Positions 52,035 through 59,308 of a stretch of DNA of 64,000 nucleotides are shown one piece after another; the stretch's first letter is position 1; every line of letters starts with the position of its first letter. The DNA comes from a bacterium (lineage in GTDB: Bacteria; Babelota; Babeliae; Babelales; UASB340). A program made the translations under genes and the position numbers. The notes beneath the pieces were generated by a model that did not search any database, was not told the DNA's origin, and saw nothing but the letters and a program-made list of their open reading frames with translations. The stretch is from contig DAOVPV010000007.1 of the NCBI GenBank assembly GCA_030629005.1, positions 6,356 to 70,355 on the forward strand, read 5' to 3'.

Positions 52035-53510
52035 TTATTTAGATACTTTATCAACCCTAACATTAAACGTTTCCACACTCGCCGTGTCCGCCATAGCCTT
52101 TGGCGAAGGCTGGGTGTGCTCTTCCGACTCTTCAAACCTATTTTTAAGTCCAAGCCATCTGTCCAAAATTATAGCAGCAGCGCTACGCACGGACAAGTGA
52201 TTAAAACTTGAGAGCCCCTTTATAGGCAACAATAAATAATCACTTCTATTCAAAATAACATCAGCAAGCCCTTGCCCGGTCCCAAAAACAAATAAAACCG
52301 GACGCTTTTGAGAAAAAACTCTACTTTGGGATTCGTAATCTATAATTTCTGGAACATTAAATGTTTCTTCCGACCCCATATTACCCAAATTAGATTCTTT
52401 AGCCGAAGTTGTAATAATTATAGGCTCAACACCCTCTTGTTCCTTTATTCTGTTAACAACTTCATCAAAATTATAAGCCGGAACAATCCGTTTAACAGCT
52501 TCAAATCTACTCAAATTATATTCTTTACCGCTATCAGACATCCAAAAATCCAAAAACGATTTCAATATATTCTGCTGATCTCTTAATTCAGTAACTAAAA
52601 AATAATTCTTAATGCCATAGGTCGCACTACTCCTTGCAATGTCATGAATATCAAGGGAAGTAATACTTGTGTGTCCTTCACGAGAACCTGTCCCCGGCTC
52701 TCCAGCAACAAGAACCTGTGAATGCATAAGAACAGTATAATGATTTGGTATATATTTTTTTGCAAGATCAATTTCTTGTTTGCTAGGATTGCTAGAAATA
52801 AACCAGTCAAAGCGTTTGTTTATTGTTTGTTCTGCAGCGGAATTCTGACGCCAATCTTCTATTTTTGCATGATTCCCAGAAAGCAAAACTTCCGGCACGG
52901 ACATATCGTTCCAAACCTTAGGCAAAGAATATGTTGGAAAATCAAAAAATGCTCCCGAAAATGAATCTTTTTCTACCGACTCCTGCTTTCCAACAACGTT
53001 TGGAATAAGCCTCAATAAACCTTCTAAAAAAACTTGTGCCGGTAAATCTCCGCCCATTACAACATAGTCACCTATGGAAATAATTTTGTCGGCATAATAT
53101 TTTTCAGTACGCTCGTCAAAACCTTCATATCTAGCGCAAACTAAAATTAAATGCGGAACAACAGAGCGAACGGCAGTCGAAGGGTTTCCCTCGAACGAAA
53201 AGTTTTCAACTATTTTTTTCAGTAAATTTTGATTAAGCTTTTCGCCTTTGGGGGAAAAAAATATTTTATACCCAGAACCATGCTCCGCTTCAGCCTTCTC
53301 TATCGCAATTTGCACAAGGTCCGGTTTTATAACCATGCCAACACCAGGCCCACAGGTTGGAGCATCTATACGTTCTTTTGCAGCGCAAAGCTCAGAAAAC
53401 TTTATAAAGTTAACAGAAACAACTCCATTTTCTATTGCTCGCGCAATAATACTAGTCTTCAAAAACATATTATAAAATTCAGGAAATACCGTAATAATTG
53501 TAATTTTCAT
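52035..53510 (-). CDS. trmD: TrmD tRNA m1G37 methyltransferase fused to a second SPOUT (TM1570-like) methyltransferase
   Basis: ARYEGFDER, SIGDYVVMGG, VPEVLLSGNH; C-domain SLDIHDIARSSATYG and NHLSVRSAAAIILDR. Confidence 0.93.
   Translation of the reverse strand: MKITIITVFPEFYNMFLKTSIIARAIENGVVSVNFIKFSELCAAKERIDAPTCGPGVGMVIKPDLVQIAIEKAEAEHGSGYKIFFSPKGEKLNQNLLKKIVENFSFEGNPSTAVRSVVPHLILVCARYEGFDERTEKYYADKIISIGDYVVMGGDLPAQVFLEGLLRLIPNVVGKQESVEKDSFSGAFFDFPTYSLPKVWNDMSVPEVLLSGNHAKIEDWRQNSAAEQTINKRFDWFISSNPSKQEIDLAKKYIPNHYTVLMHSQVLVAGEPGTGSREGHTSITSLDIHDIARSSATYGIKNYFLVTELRDQQNILKSFLDFWMSDSGKEYNLSRFEAVKRIVPAYNFDEVVNRIKEQEGVEPIIITTSAKESNLGNMGSEETFNVPEIIDYESQSRVFSQKRPVLFVFGTGQGLADVILNRSDYLLLPIKGLSSFNHLSVRSAAAIILDRWLGLKNRFEESEEHTQPSPKAMADTASVETFNVRVDKVSK
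52059..52127 (-). repeat. 69-bp nested element, in frame near the TrmD C-terminus (SEEHTQPSPKAMADTASVETFNV)
   Basis: TCGGAAGAGCACAC-CCAGCCTTCGCCAAAGGCTATGGCGGACACGGC-GAGTGTGGAAACGTTTAATGTT. Confidence 0.95.
52353..52373 (-). repeat. 21-bp core element, in frame in the second SPOUT domain of trmD (SEETFNV)
   Basis: Reverse complement reads TCGGAAGAAACATTTAATGTT. Confidence 0.95.
53162..53198 (-). repeat. GC-rich palindromic remnant, in frame in trmD (SFEGNPSTAVRS)
   Basis: TCGTTCGAGGGAAACCCTTCGACTGCCGTTCGCTCTG; CCGTTCGC(T/C)CTG shared with 44133-44144. Confidence 0.6.
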
Positions 53511-53531
53511 AATCAAATCTTTTATAAAAAG

Positions 53532-53561
53532 AAAGCCCACCGTCATAAGTCCGGGGGCTTT
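53532..53561 (-). terminator. Putative terminator between khpA and trmD
   Basis: AAAGCCC...GGGCTTT stem, T-rich tail on the minus strand. Confidence 0.55.
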
Positions 53562-53621
53562 ATACAAAATTTATATTTAAATTAACTCGTTACTAAGTAA
53601 AATAAACTACGAAGTAACAAG

Positions 53622-53855
53622 TTACTCTAAAATTTCTAAAACAGCTCTCTTACGTTCTTTACTTGCAGAAGCATGCACAAGCGTACGAATAGCTCTTGCC
53701 GTCTTTCCTTCTTTTCCAATAACTTTTCCAAGATCTTCCTGAGCCACGCGCAATTCTATTATGGTAGCCTGTTCACCACTTATTTCTGTAACAACAACGT
53801 CTTCAGGTTTATCTACAAGTTTTTTAACTATATATTCAACAAGATCCTTAAGCAT
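53622..53855 (-). CDS. khpA: KH-domain RNA-binding protein KhpA
   Basis: [26 protein letters not shown]; follows rpsP. Confidence 0.93.
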   Translation of the reverse strand: MLKDLVEYIVKKLVDKPEDVVVTEISGEQATIIELRVAQEDLGKVIGKEGKTARAIRTLVHASASKERKRAVLEILE

Positions 53856-53934
53856 TCTCAACTCCTAAAAAACAAAATTACCATGTGTAAAAACAACTCG
53901 ATAATATATGTAATATAATTTTCTGTATAATAAT

Positions 53935-54168
53935 TTACTTAGAAATTTTAATCAATTTTTTGACGGCAGGAGAGCAAATAGCACCCTTTAATACCCAATC
54001 GTTAATACGATTCTTATGAAGTTGAACAACTTCGTGTCTAATTGGATCATAAGTGCCTAAGTTATCTAAAAAGTCCCCGTCTCTTCTTTTTCTAGAATCC
54101 ACAGCAACAACTCGCCAATATGGTCGATTAGTTTGTCCAATACGGCTAAGACGAATTTTAACTGACAT
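53935..54168 (-). CDS. rpsP: 30S ribosomal protein S16
   Basis: VKIRLSRIG...PYWRVVAVDSR..RDG..LGTYDP. Confidence 0.97.
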   Translation of the reverse strand: MSVKIRLSRIGQTNRPYWRVVAVDSRKRRDGDFLDNLGTYDPIRHEVVQLHKNRINDWVLKGAICSPAVKKLIKISK

Positions 54169-54275
54169 AAATCATCCTTCTACTAACAATAATCAATGCA
54201 ACAATTCACATAATTTACTACAAACAACAATATAACATCAACTACAAAACAAAGCAAAACCCAATTGAAAGAGCG

Positions 54276-54301
54276 CGGCGAGTGTGGAAACATTTAATGT
54301 T
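54276..54301 (+). repeat. Right half of the nested element, overlapping the ffh stop codon
   Basis: CGGCGAGTGTGGAAACATTTAATGTT(A). Confidence 0.92.
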
Positions 54302-55613
54302 ACGGCTTAAACTTTTTAAACATTTTAGCAAATTGCTTACTTTGTTCAAATTTTTGTAACAAAATATTAACATCTTCCACAAAAACCCCTGCTCCTTTTG
54401 CAATTCTACGTTTTCTAGATGCATCTAAAATTTGTGGTAAAATACGCTCTTTCTTAGTCATGGAAAAAATCGTAGCCTTAAACTTTTTCATTTCTTTTTC
54501 ACTTTTATCCAGCATTTCCGGAGAAATTTTTCCGGCTCCGGGCAAATATTTAGCTATTTTTTGCAAAGAACCCATTTTAGAAACCATAGACATTTGGTCG
54601 GCAAAATCCTGCAATGTAAACCGACCTGTCATAAATTTTTTTGCCGCATCCTGCTGATCTTGAAAATCTATCTTCGCTTCAGTCTTTTCTATTAAAGTTA
54701 AAATATCACCCATACCTAAAATACGGGAAGCCATTCTTTCAGGAATAAAACTTTCCAAATCATCTATCTTTTCACCTGACCCAACAAAAGAAATCGGTTT
54801 TTTAAGTTCATATCTAAATGCAAAAGCAGCACCGCCACGAGTGTCACTGTCCATCTTTGTAAGAACAGCACTATTAAAACCAATATTATCTTCAAATGCA
54901 CGTGCAACGCTCAAAGATTCTTGACCCGTCATAGCATCCAAAACCAGCATCTTGTATCGAGGAGATATTAATTTATTTATCTGCTTAAGCTCTTCTAACA
55001 TAACTTCATCAACATGCAATCTACCTGCAGTATCTAAAAGCAAAATATGATAAGCATTCTTTTTAAAATAATCATAAATTTGTTTTGCCGCCTTTATAGG
55101 ATCTGTAACTTCTGGTCTATAAAAATCTGCACCTACGGAATCTGCAAGAATTTTTAATTGATCTATTGCTGCAGGCCTGTAAAAGTCAACGGAAGCAAGT
55201 AAGACTCTTCGCGTTTTACCCTTTTTACTAGCTTGATTCAAAATAAAATTTGCAAGTTTTGCAACAGTTGTAGTTTTACCAGAACCCTGCAATCCCATAA
55301 CCATTATAACTGATGGAAACTGAAAACTATTTAAAACCAGCGCATTTTTACCACCTAAAAATTCTAGTAACTTATCATGAACAATTTTTATAAAGCGTTC
55401 ACCAGGGCGAAGTTCAGATTGAATGTTTTGCCCTACAACCTCATTTTTAATACTTTCTAAAAAATCTTTTACAACTTTATAAGGAACATCAGCCTGTAAA
55501 AGAGCATCTTGCACCTGTTTTTCTGCTTGCTCGATATTGTCTTCAGTTAAACGACCTTTATCTTTTAACCAACCCAAAACACCAGAAAATTTTTCAGATA
55601 AAAAATCAAACAT
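54300..55613 (-). CDS. ffh: Signal recognition particle protein Ffh
   Basis: MFDFLS, GLQGSGKTT, DTAGR, TKMDSDTRGG, RILGMGD, SRKRRIAKGAG; start moved because the ORF-track N-terminus is repeat DNA. Confidence 0.97.
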   Translation of the reverse strand: MFDFLSEKFSGVLGWLKDKGRLTEDNIEQAEKQVQDALLQADVPYKVVKDFLESIKNEVVGQNIQSELRPGERFIKIVHDKLLEFLGGKNALVLNSFQFPSVIMVMGLQGSGKTTTVAKLANFILNQASKKGKTRRVLLASVDFYRPAAIDQLKILADSVGADFYRPEVTDPIKAAKQIYDYFKKNAYHILLLDTAGRLHVDEVMLEELKQINKLISPRYKMLVLDAMTGQESLSVARAFEDNIGFNSAVLTKMDSDTRGGAAFAFRYELKKPISFVGSGEKIDDLESFIPERMASRILGMGDILTLIEKTEAKIDFQDQQDAAKKFMTGRFTLQDFADQMSMVSKMGSLQKIAKYLPGAGKISPEMLDKSEKEMKKFKATIFSMTKKERILPQILDASRKRRIAKGAGVFVEDVNILLQKFEQSKQFAKMFKKFKP

Positions 55614-55633
55614 ATTAATAATCCATAATTTAT

Positions 55634-55702
55634 TCGGAAGAACACACCCAGTCTTCGCGCAAGGCTTCGACGGGCACGGCGAGTGTGGAAACATTTAATG
55701 TT
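55634..55702 (+). repeat. 69-bp nested element upstream of ffh
   Basis: TCGGAAGAACACAC-CCAGTCTTCGCGCAAGGCTTCGACGGGCACGGC-GAGTGTGGAAACATTTAATGTT. Confidence 0.95.
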
Positions 55703-55751
55703 AAAGACTAAATATAACTGCTTTGCAGCGAAGTAACAAATTTTATAATCG

Positions 55752-55792
55752 GCCCTACTACGCTCTGAAGAGCTACGAAGGGCATACTTCGC
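55752..55792 (+). repeat. Free-standing hairpin element
   Basis: GCCCTAC-TACGC-TCTGAAGA-GCTAC-GAAGGGC-ATACTTCGC. Confidence 0.75.
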
Positions 55793-55842
55793 ATTGTTCT
55801 ATTAGTGTCAAATTTATTATTTAATCAATTCCGTTAAAAAGC

Positions 55843-55906
55843 TGGCCTGCCATACGACCTGTCCTCCGTAGCTTTATGCGTAGGAGGAAGCTTTAGCGAA
55901 GTATGG
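55843..55906 (-). repeat. Hairpin element at the tRNA-Phe CCA end, with a second copy (55858-55888) nested inside it
   Basis: Minus strand: CCATACTTCGCTAAAGCT[TCCTCCTACGCATAAAGCTACGGAGGACAGG]TCGTATGGCAGGCCA. Confidence 0.85.
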
Positions 55907-55978
55907 TGCCGGGAGGCAGAATTGAACTGCCGACACAAAGATTTTCAGTCTTTTGCTCTACCACTGAGCTACCCCGGC
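55904..55978 (-). tRNA. tRNA-Phe (GAA)
   Basis: GCCGGGGTAGCTCAGTGGTAGAGCAAAAGACTGAAAATCTTTGTGTCGGCAGTTCAATTCTGCCTCCCGGCACCA. Confidence 0.96.
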
Positions 55979-55987
55979 GCAAAAAGA

Positions 55988-56008
55988 TCGAAAGAAACAT
56001 TTAATGTT
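55988..56008 (+). repeat. 21-bp core element variant in the tRNA-Phe leader
   Basis: TCGAAAGAAACATTTAATGTT. Confidence 0.9.
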
Positions 56009-56033
56009 ATTAGTCAAAGATATCGATGACTGT

Positions 56034-56062
56034 ATGGTACAAATAAGATTATTTTCTGTCAA
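56034..56062 (-). promoter_or_regulatory. Sigma70-type promoter for tRNA-Phe
   Basis: TTGACA-17 bp-TACCAT on the minus strand, about 55 bp upstream of the tRNA. Confidence 0.7.
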
Positions 56063-56159
56063 TAAAAACTTTTTCGATTTTTTCTTAAATTGCAGCTTTA
56101 AAATATTAATTTTTTTTATTTATTCCTTTAAAAATAATTAGCAACTTAGATAAAATATA

Positions 56160-57620
56160 TTATAGCTTATATTGAGTTTCTAAGGTTTCTAAAACCTTAA
56201 TAATCTGATTATAAACATCAACTTGTCGCTCTAATTTTATTTTTTGAAAATTTAACTCCACAGTTTTGGACCTATCTCTTTTAATCTGTCTTTTTACTAA
56301 ATCTAACGCAACAACAGAACTATCATACTGCTCTTTTGCCAAGTCATACGGAGTTTTATCATCTCTATTTTTATATAAAATAATATCAGAACCAGATCTA
56401 TTTTTATTTATTAATGTTTTTATAAACTCCAACTTCCTTTCTACAGGCTCTCCGCAATCTGCTAAAACAACTAAATGCAATGGCGTATTTTTCCAATAAT
56501 CTTGCAACATTGGATAAACTTTATTTTTTAACAAGGCATCCAGCCAAGCAACATTACAATTATTAGCAACAAAATGTATAAAAAACTTATGATAAGCATA
56601 ATTCTTTCTTATAAATGTCATAAGTTCATTTTTTAATAATTCTTTTTTAGCAAGCAACTCTTCTTTATTTGCAAACTGACTAAACAAATTATTAAATAAT
56701 ACATCCTCAAATTTTAAAACATCAAAGAAAGGAGCCACGGCAAACAAGTGTCCCATCATATTTTTTGTTTGTATAACATTTTCTTTTATTTTTTCCAAGT
56801 CACTATCGGCAAGCTTAAAAATATCTTTTGCAAATAAAAAAAGTCTATCCAAAACATCTGGGCCCAAGAATTTTGAAAAATCCACATCCTTAACTTCTAA
56901 TAAAGTTTCTAATAAATCTATCTTTTTTAACGCACTAACAAAATTTTTTATTTTATCCGGATCAGTTACTTTAGAAATATTTTCAAAACTGCTCACCAAG
57001 TCATCTTTATCTATTTGCATCCTCCCTTTTTTAACAAGATTAGAAATTGTACTTAAAGATGCAAATTTTAAAGCCAACGCCAACAATTCTTTTTTCTGCC
57101 TATCAGATAAATTAGAAATATCATAAGCATTAAAATATCTACTTAAAATATATTGACTATCTAATAAGACTAAATAATTTAAAGCTGCTTTTTGATTATC
57201 TTTAAATATATAATTCAATACTTTTTTCAATTCATAATCTGAAGTAATTTTAGATAAAATAGCCGTTTGTTTTATTTCATCATTTTCCAAAAGCGATTTA
57301 TTAAATTCCGGAACATTTAAAGCTTTTAAGTCTGGTGTTAAATTTGCAATGTCTTCAGGATTTAGAGCCTTTAAATCAAATTTGATATTAGTTAACAAAT
57401 TTCTTTTGTACAAACTCAAATTATTGTAAATTACCGGTGTTACCGGAGTAACCGTTGTTACCGGAGTAACCGTGTTGGAAAGCATCGCCTGAGGTTCTGA
57501 GAAATTATTATCCAGAATAATTTCGTCGGAAGAACACACCCGGCCTTCGCCAAAGGCTATGGCGGGCACGGCGAGTTTTAATGCTAATAAAAATATTAAA
57601 ACTTTTTTTAGAATAAACAT
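56160..57620 (-). CDS. Secreted ankyrin-repeat-containing protein
   Basis: Signal peptide; NTPLHLVV and KTPYDLA ankyrin motifs near the C-terminus. Confidence 0.75.
   Translation of the reverse strand: MFILKKVLIFLLALKLAVPAIAFGEGRVCSSDEIILDNNFSEPQAMLSNTVTPVTTVTPVTPVIYNNLSLYKRNLLTNIKFDLKALNPEDIANLTPDLKALNVPEFNKSLLENDEIKQTAILSKITSDYELKKVLNYIFKDNQKAALNYLVLLDSQYILSRYFNAYDISNLSDRQKKELLALALKFASLSTISNLVKKGRMQIDKDDLVSSFENISKVTDPDKIKNFVSALKKIDLLETLLEVKDVDFSKFLGPDVLDRLFLFAKDIFKLADSDLEKIKENVIQTKNMMGHLFAVAPFFDVLKFEDVLFNNLFSQFANKEELLAKKELLKNELMTFIRKNYAYHKFFIHFVANNCNVAWLDALLKNKVYPMLQDYWKNTPLHLVVLADCGEPVERKLEFIKTLINKNRSGSDIILYKNRDDKTPYDLAKEQYDSSVVALDLVKRQIKRDRSKTVELNFQKIKLERQVDVYNQIIKVLETLETQYKL
57431..57473. 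repeat. 9-bp tandem repeats encoding TVTPVTTVTPVTPV
   Basis: TTACCGGTG TTACCGGAG TAACCGTTG TTACCGGAG TAACCGT. Confidence 0.85.
57526..57585 (+). repeat. 60-bp nested element (9-bp deletion), antisense and in frame in the ankyrin protein signal peptide
   Basis: TCGGAAGAACACAC-CCGGCCTTCGCCAAAGGCTATGGCGGGCACGGC-GAGT-TTTAATGCT. Confidence 0.92.
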
Positions 57621-57859
57621 AAATCCCCCAAAAACAAATTGTCCCTAACATAAATAAAATATCACAATAATAAGTTAATGTTCAAGCATTTAAATTAATC
57701 CATACAATCAGGCTATCTAATAAAGTTTTATTACCACAACAAGTAATACAAAAACTTTTTTTAATTTTTTTTATTATTATTGATTTTTCAAATACATACT
57801 TCTTATAATTCTACAAGCTTGCAAAAACGCAATTATATTGTTTTTTTAAAATTTGTAAG

Positions 57860-57908
57860 TCGGAAGAAACATTTAATATTAGTGAAATCGGAAGAAATAT
57901 TTAATATT
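57860..57908 (+). repeat. Two tandem 21-bp core variants (57860-57880, 57888-57908)
   Basis: TCGGAAGAAACATTTAATATT; TCGGAAGAAATATTTAATATT. Confidence 0.9.
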
Positions 57909-57944
57909 GTTGTGCGTTTTTATTTTATTTATAAGGAGAATTGT

Positions 57945-59234
57945 ATGAAAAAAATATGCACGCTGCTATTTTTAGCACTGTTTTTGGGTAAATCGGTTAC
58001 CGCCGGAACAGGTTGGGCAAGATTTGATAACGTTTCAGATCTAAAACGAAATGGTAAAAAAATTATAATGGAAGTCGATGTAAATAAAAAAGGCTACAGA
58101 AAAAGAACGATTCTACCAGGAAAAAATTCTGATAGAATTGCACTTAAAGGTCTTCTCATGACCGTTCCAAATATAAAACCAACTATTAAAGTTTGGGATT
58201 GGACCAGAAACAATAAAAAAGGTGAATATTTAGGATCTTTCACTTGGAATAAAAATATCGACATTGCAAACAAAAAAACAACAACAATTGAACTCCGCTA
58301 TATGTCAAGTCAAAACCCTCCTTTACAACGAAAAATAAGTGAACCAGAAAAAGGCTTAACTGCAAGAACAAAAGCAAAAAAGACAAAAGAAGCCTTTGGT
58401 AAATGCCTTGGCGGCATTGGCATGCTAGAGCTAATTGCACCAACGAATAATAATATCATCGTAAAGTACAGAATGGTTGGAACTACGAAATGGATTAAAA
58501 GAAAAATTAACAAGGGTGACCGCAAAAAATTTCCTACAGGCAACAAAGACCAAGATATACGCGACATGGTTGTAGGCTATGCTGGAAAAAGCGCGCCTGA
58601 TGGCTGGTATGGCACAACCTCAAACAACAAAAACTTCTCTCTATTCCCAAGAAGATTGTTCACAGAAAATGTACGAATTTGGGAAGGTAAAGCAACAGAA
58701 GTGAGATTTAAAAGAAAAGGAAACATAATTACAAGAAGAATAACCGAAGGCAAAAATAATAAAAAATTAAAAAGAGAAACCGGTTCTTTTTTCGATAAAG
58801 ATAAAGTTGTAATACTAAATACAACAGGCCAAGAATTTAGAATGACTTTAGGTGCTGATGCTGCAAAAAACTTAAAATATGAAGTCCAGACTATTGGCAG
58901 TCTTTTTAGTCCCCAATCCAGCATAATTTTAAGGGGAAATCGTAAATGGACAACAGATAGCATTCACCGGGCAAATAAAAATGCAATGTTCGACAACTTA
59001 TTAAAAGATGCTTTTTCTTCTGACATTAAAGGCATTCAGTTAATAAAACACATTAAAGGCGACAAATATATAATTGTAGACGTACAAGAATTCCGTACAT
59101 ATAAAGAACCCAACTTTAAAGACTATGTCGGACTTGAAGAAAAAATGAAACTTCAAACAAATAGATCTACAGTGGCGAAAATTTATACTGGTGATGATGG
59201 TCGATATAAATTTGCCGTATCTCAACCGGTTTAA
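57945..59234 (+). CDS. Secreted basic hypothetical protein; N-terminus related to the two downstream paralogs
   Basis: AAGGAG RBS; MKKIC..VTA|GTG; PNIKP motif. Confidence 0.75.
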   Translation: MKKICTLLFLALFLGKSVTAGTGWARFDNVSDLKRNGKKIIMEVDVNKKGYRKRTILPGKNSDRIALKGLLMTVPNIKPTIKVWDWTRNNKKGEYLGSFTWNKNIDIANKKTTTIELRYMSSQNPPLQRKISEPEKGLTARTKAKKTKEAFGKCLGGIGMLELIAPTNNNIIVKYRMVGTTKWIKRKINKGDRKKFPTGNKDQDIRDMVVGYAGKSAPDGWYGTTSNNKNFSLFPRRLFTENVRIWEGKATEVRFKRKGNIITRRITEGKNNKKLKRETGSFFDKDKVVILNTTGQEFRMTLGADAAKNLKYEVQTIGSLFSPQSSIILRGNRKWTTDSIHRANKNAMFDNLLKDAFSSDIKGIQLIKHIKGDKYIIVDVQEFRTYKEPNFKDYVGLEEKMKLQTNRSTVAKIYTGDDGRYKFAVSQPV

Positions 59235-59258
59235 TACTTTTGTGAATTATGAATTTAA

Positions 59259-59294
59259 TCGGAAGAACACGCGAGTGTGGAAACTTTTAATGTT
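59259..59294 (+). repeat. 36-bp intermediate element
   Basis: TCGGAAGAACACGCGAGTGTGGAAACTTTTAATGTT. Confidence 0.92.
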
Positions 59295-59308
59295 AAGGAT
59301 AGGATAAT

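Noticed and set aside
47964-52127. The element's left end resembles the Illumina TruSeq adapter (AGATCGGAAGAGCACACGTCT): ATCGGAAGAACACACG at 47964 and TCGGAAGAGCACAC in the trmD copy
   Set aside because: No copy continues into the adapter's GTCTGAACTCC. Copies are diverged, frame-preserving in 9 of 9 CDS cases, and carry covarying nested hairpins, which contamination would not produce. It should still be confirmed with spanning or long reads, and adapter trimming may clip reads at these sites.
55614-55694. N-terminal extension of Ffh in the ORF track (MFPHSPCPSKPCAKTGC...)
   Set aside because: It is the antisense reading of the 69-bp element; the canonical start MFDFLS is at 55613.
55700-55903. 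Possible SRP RNA (ffs) or other ncRNA next to ffh
   Set aside because: I see no SRP domain IV (GGAA tetraloop with AGCAG) signature; the GC-rich segments are explained by hairpin repeat copies.
47353-55903. Integrative element between the two tRNA genes
   Set aside because: No integrase and no tRNA 3'-end duplication; the content is housekeeping genes.
57780-57944. N-terminal extension of ORF 57780-59234 (contains SEEIFNI)
   Set aside because: The RBS and signal peptide place the start at 57945, so these core copies are intergenic.
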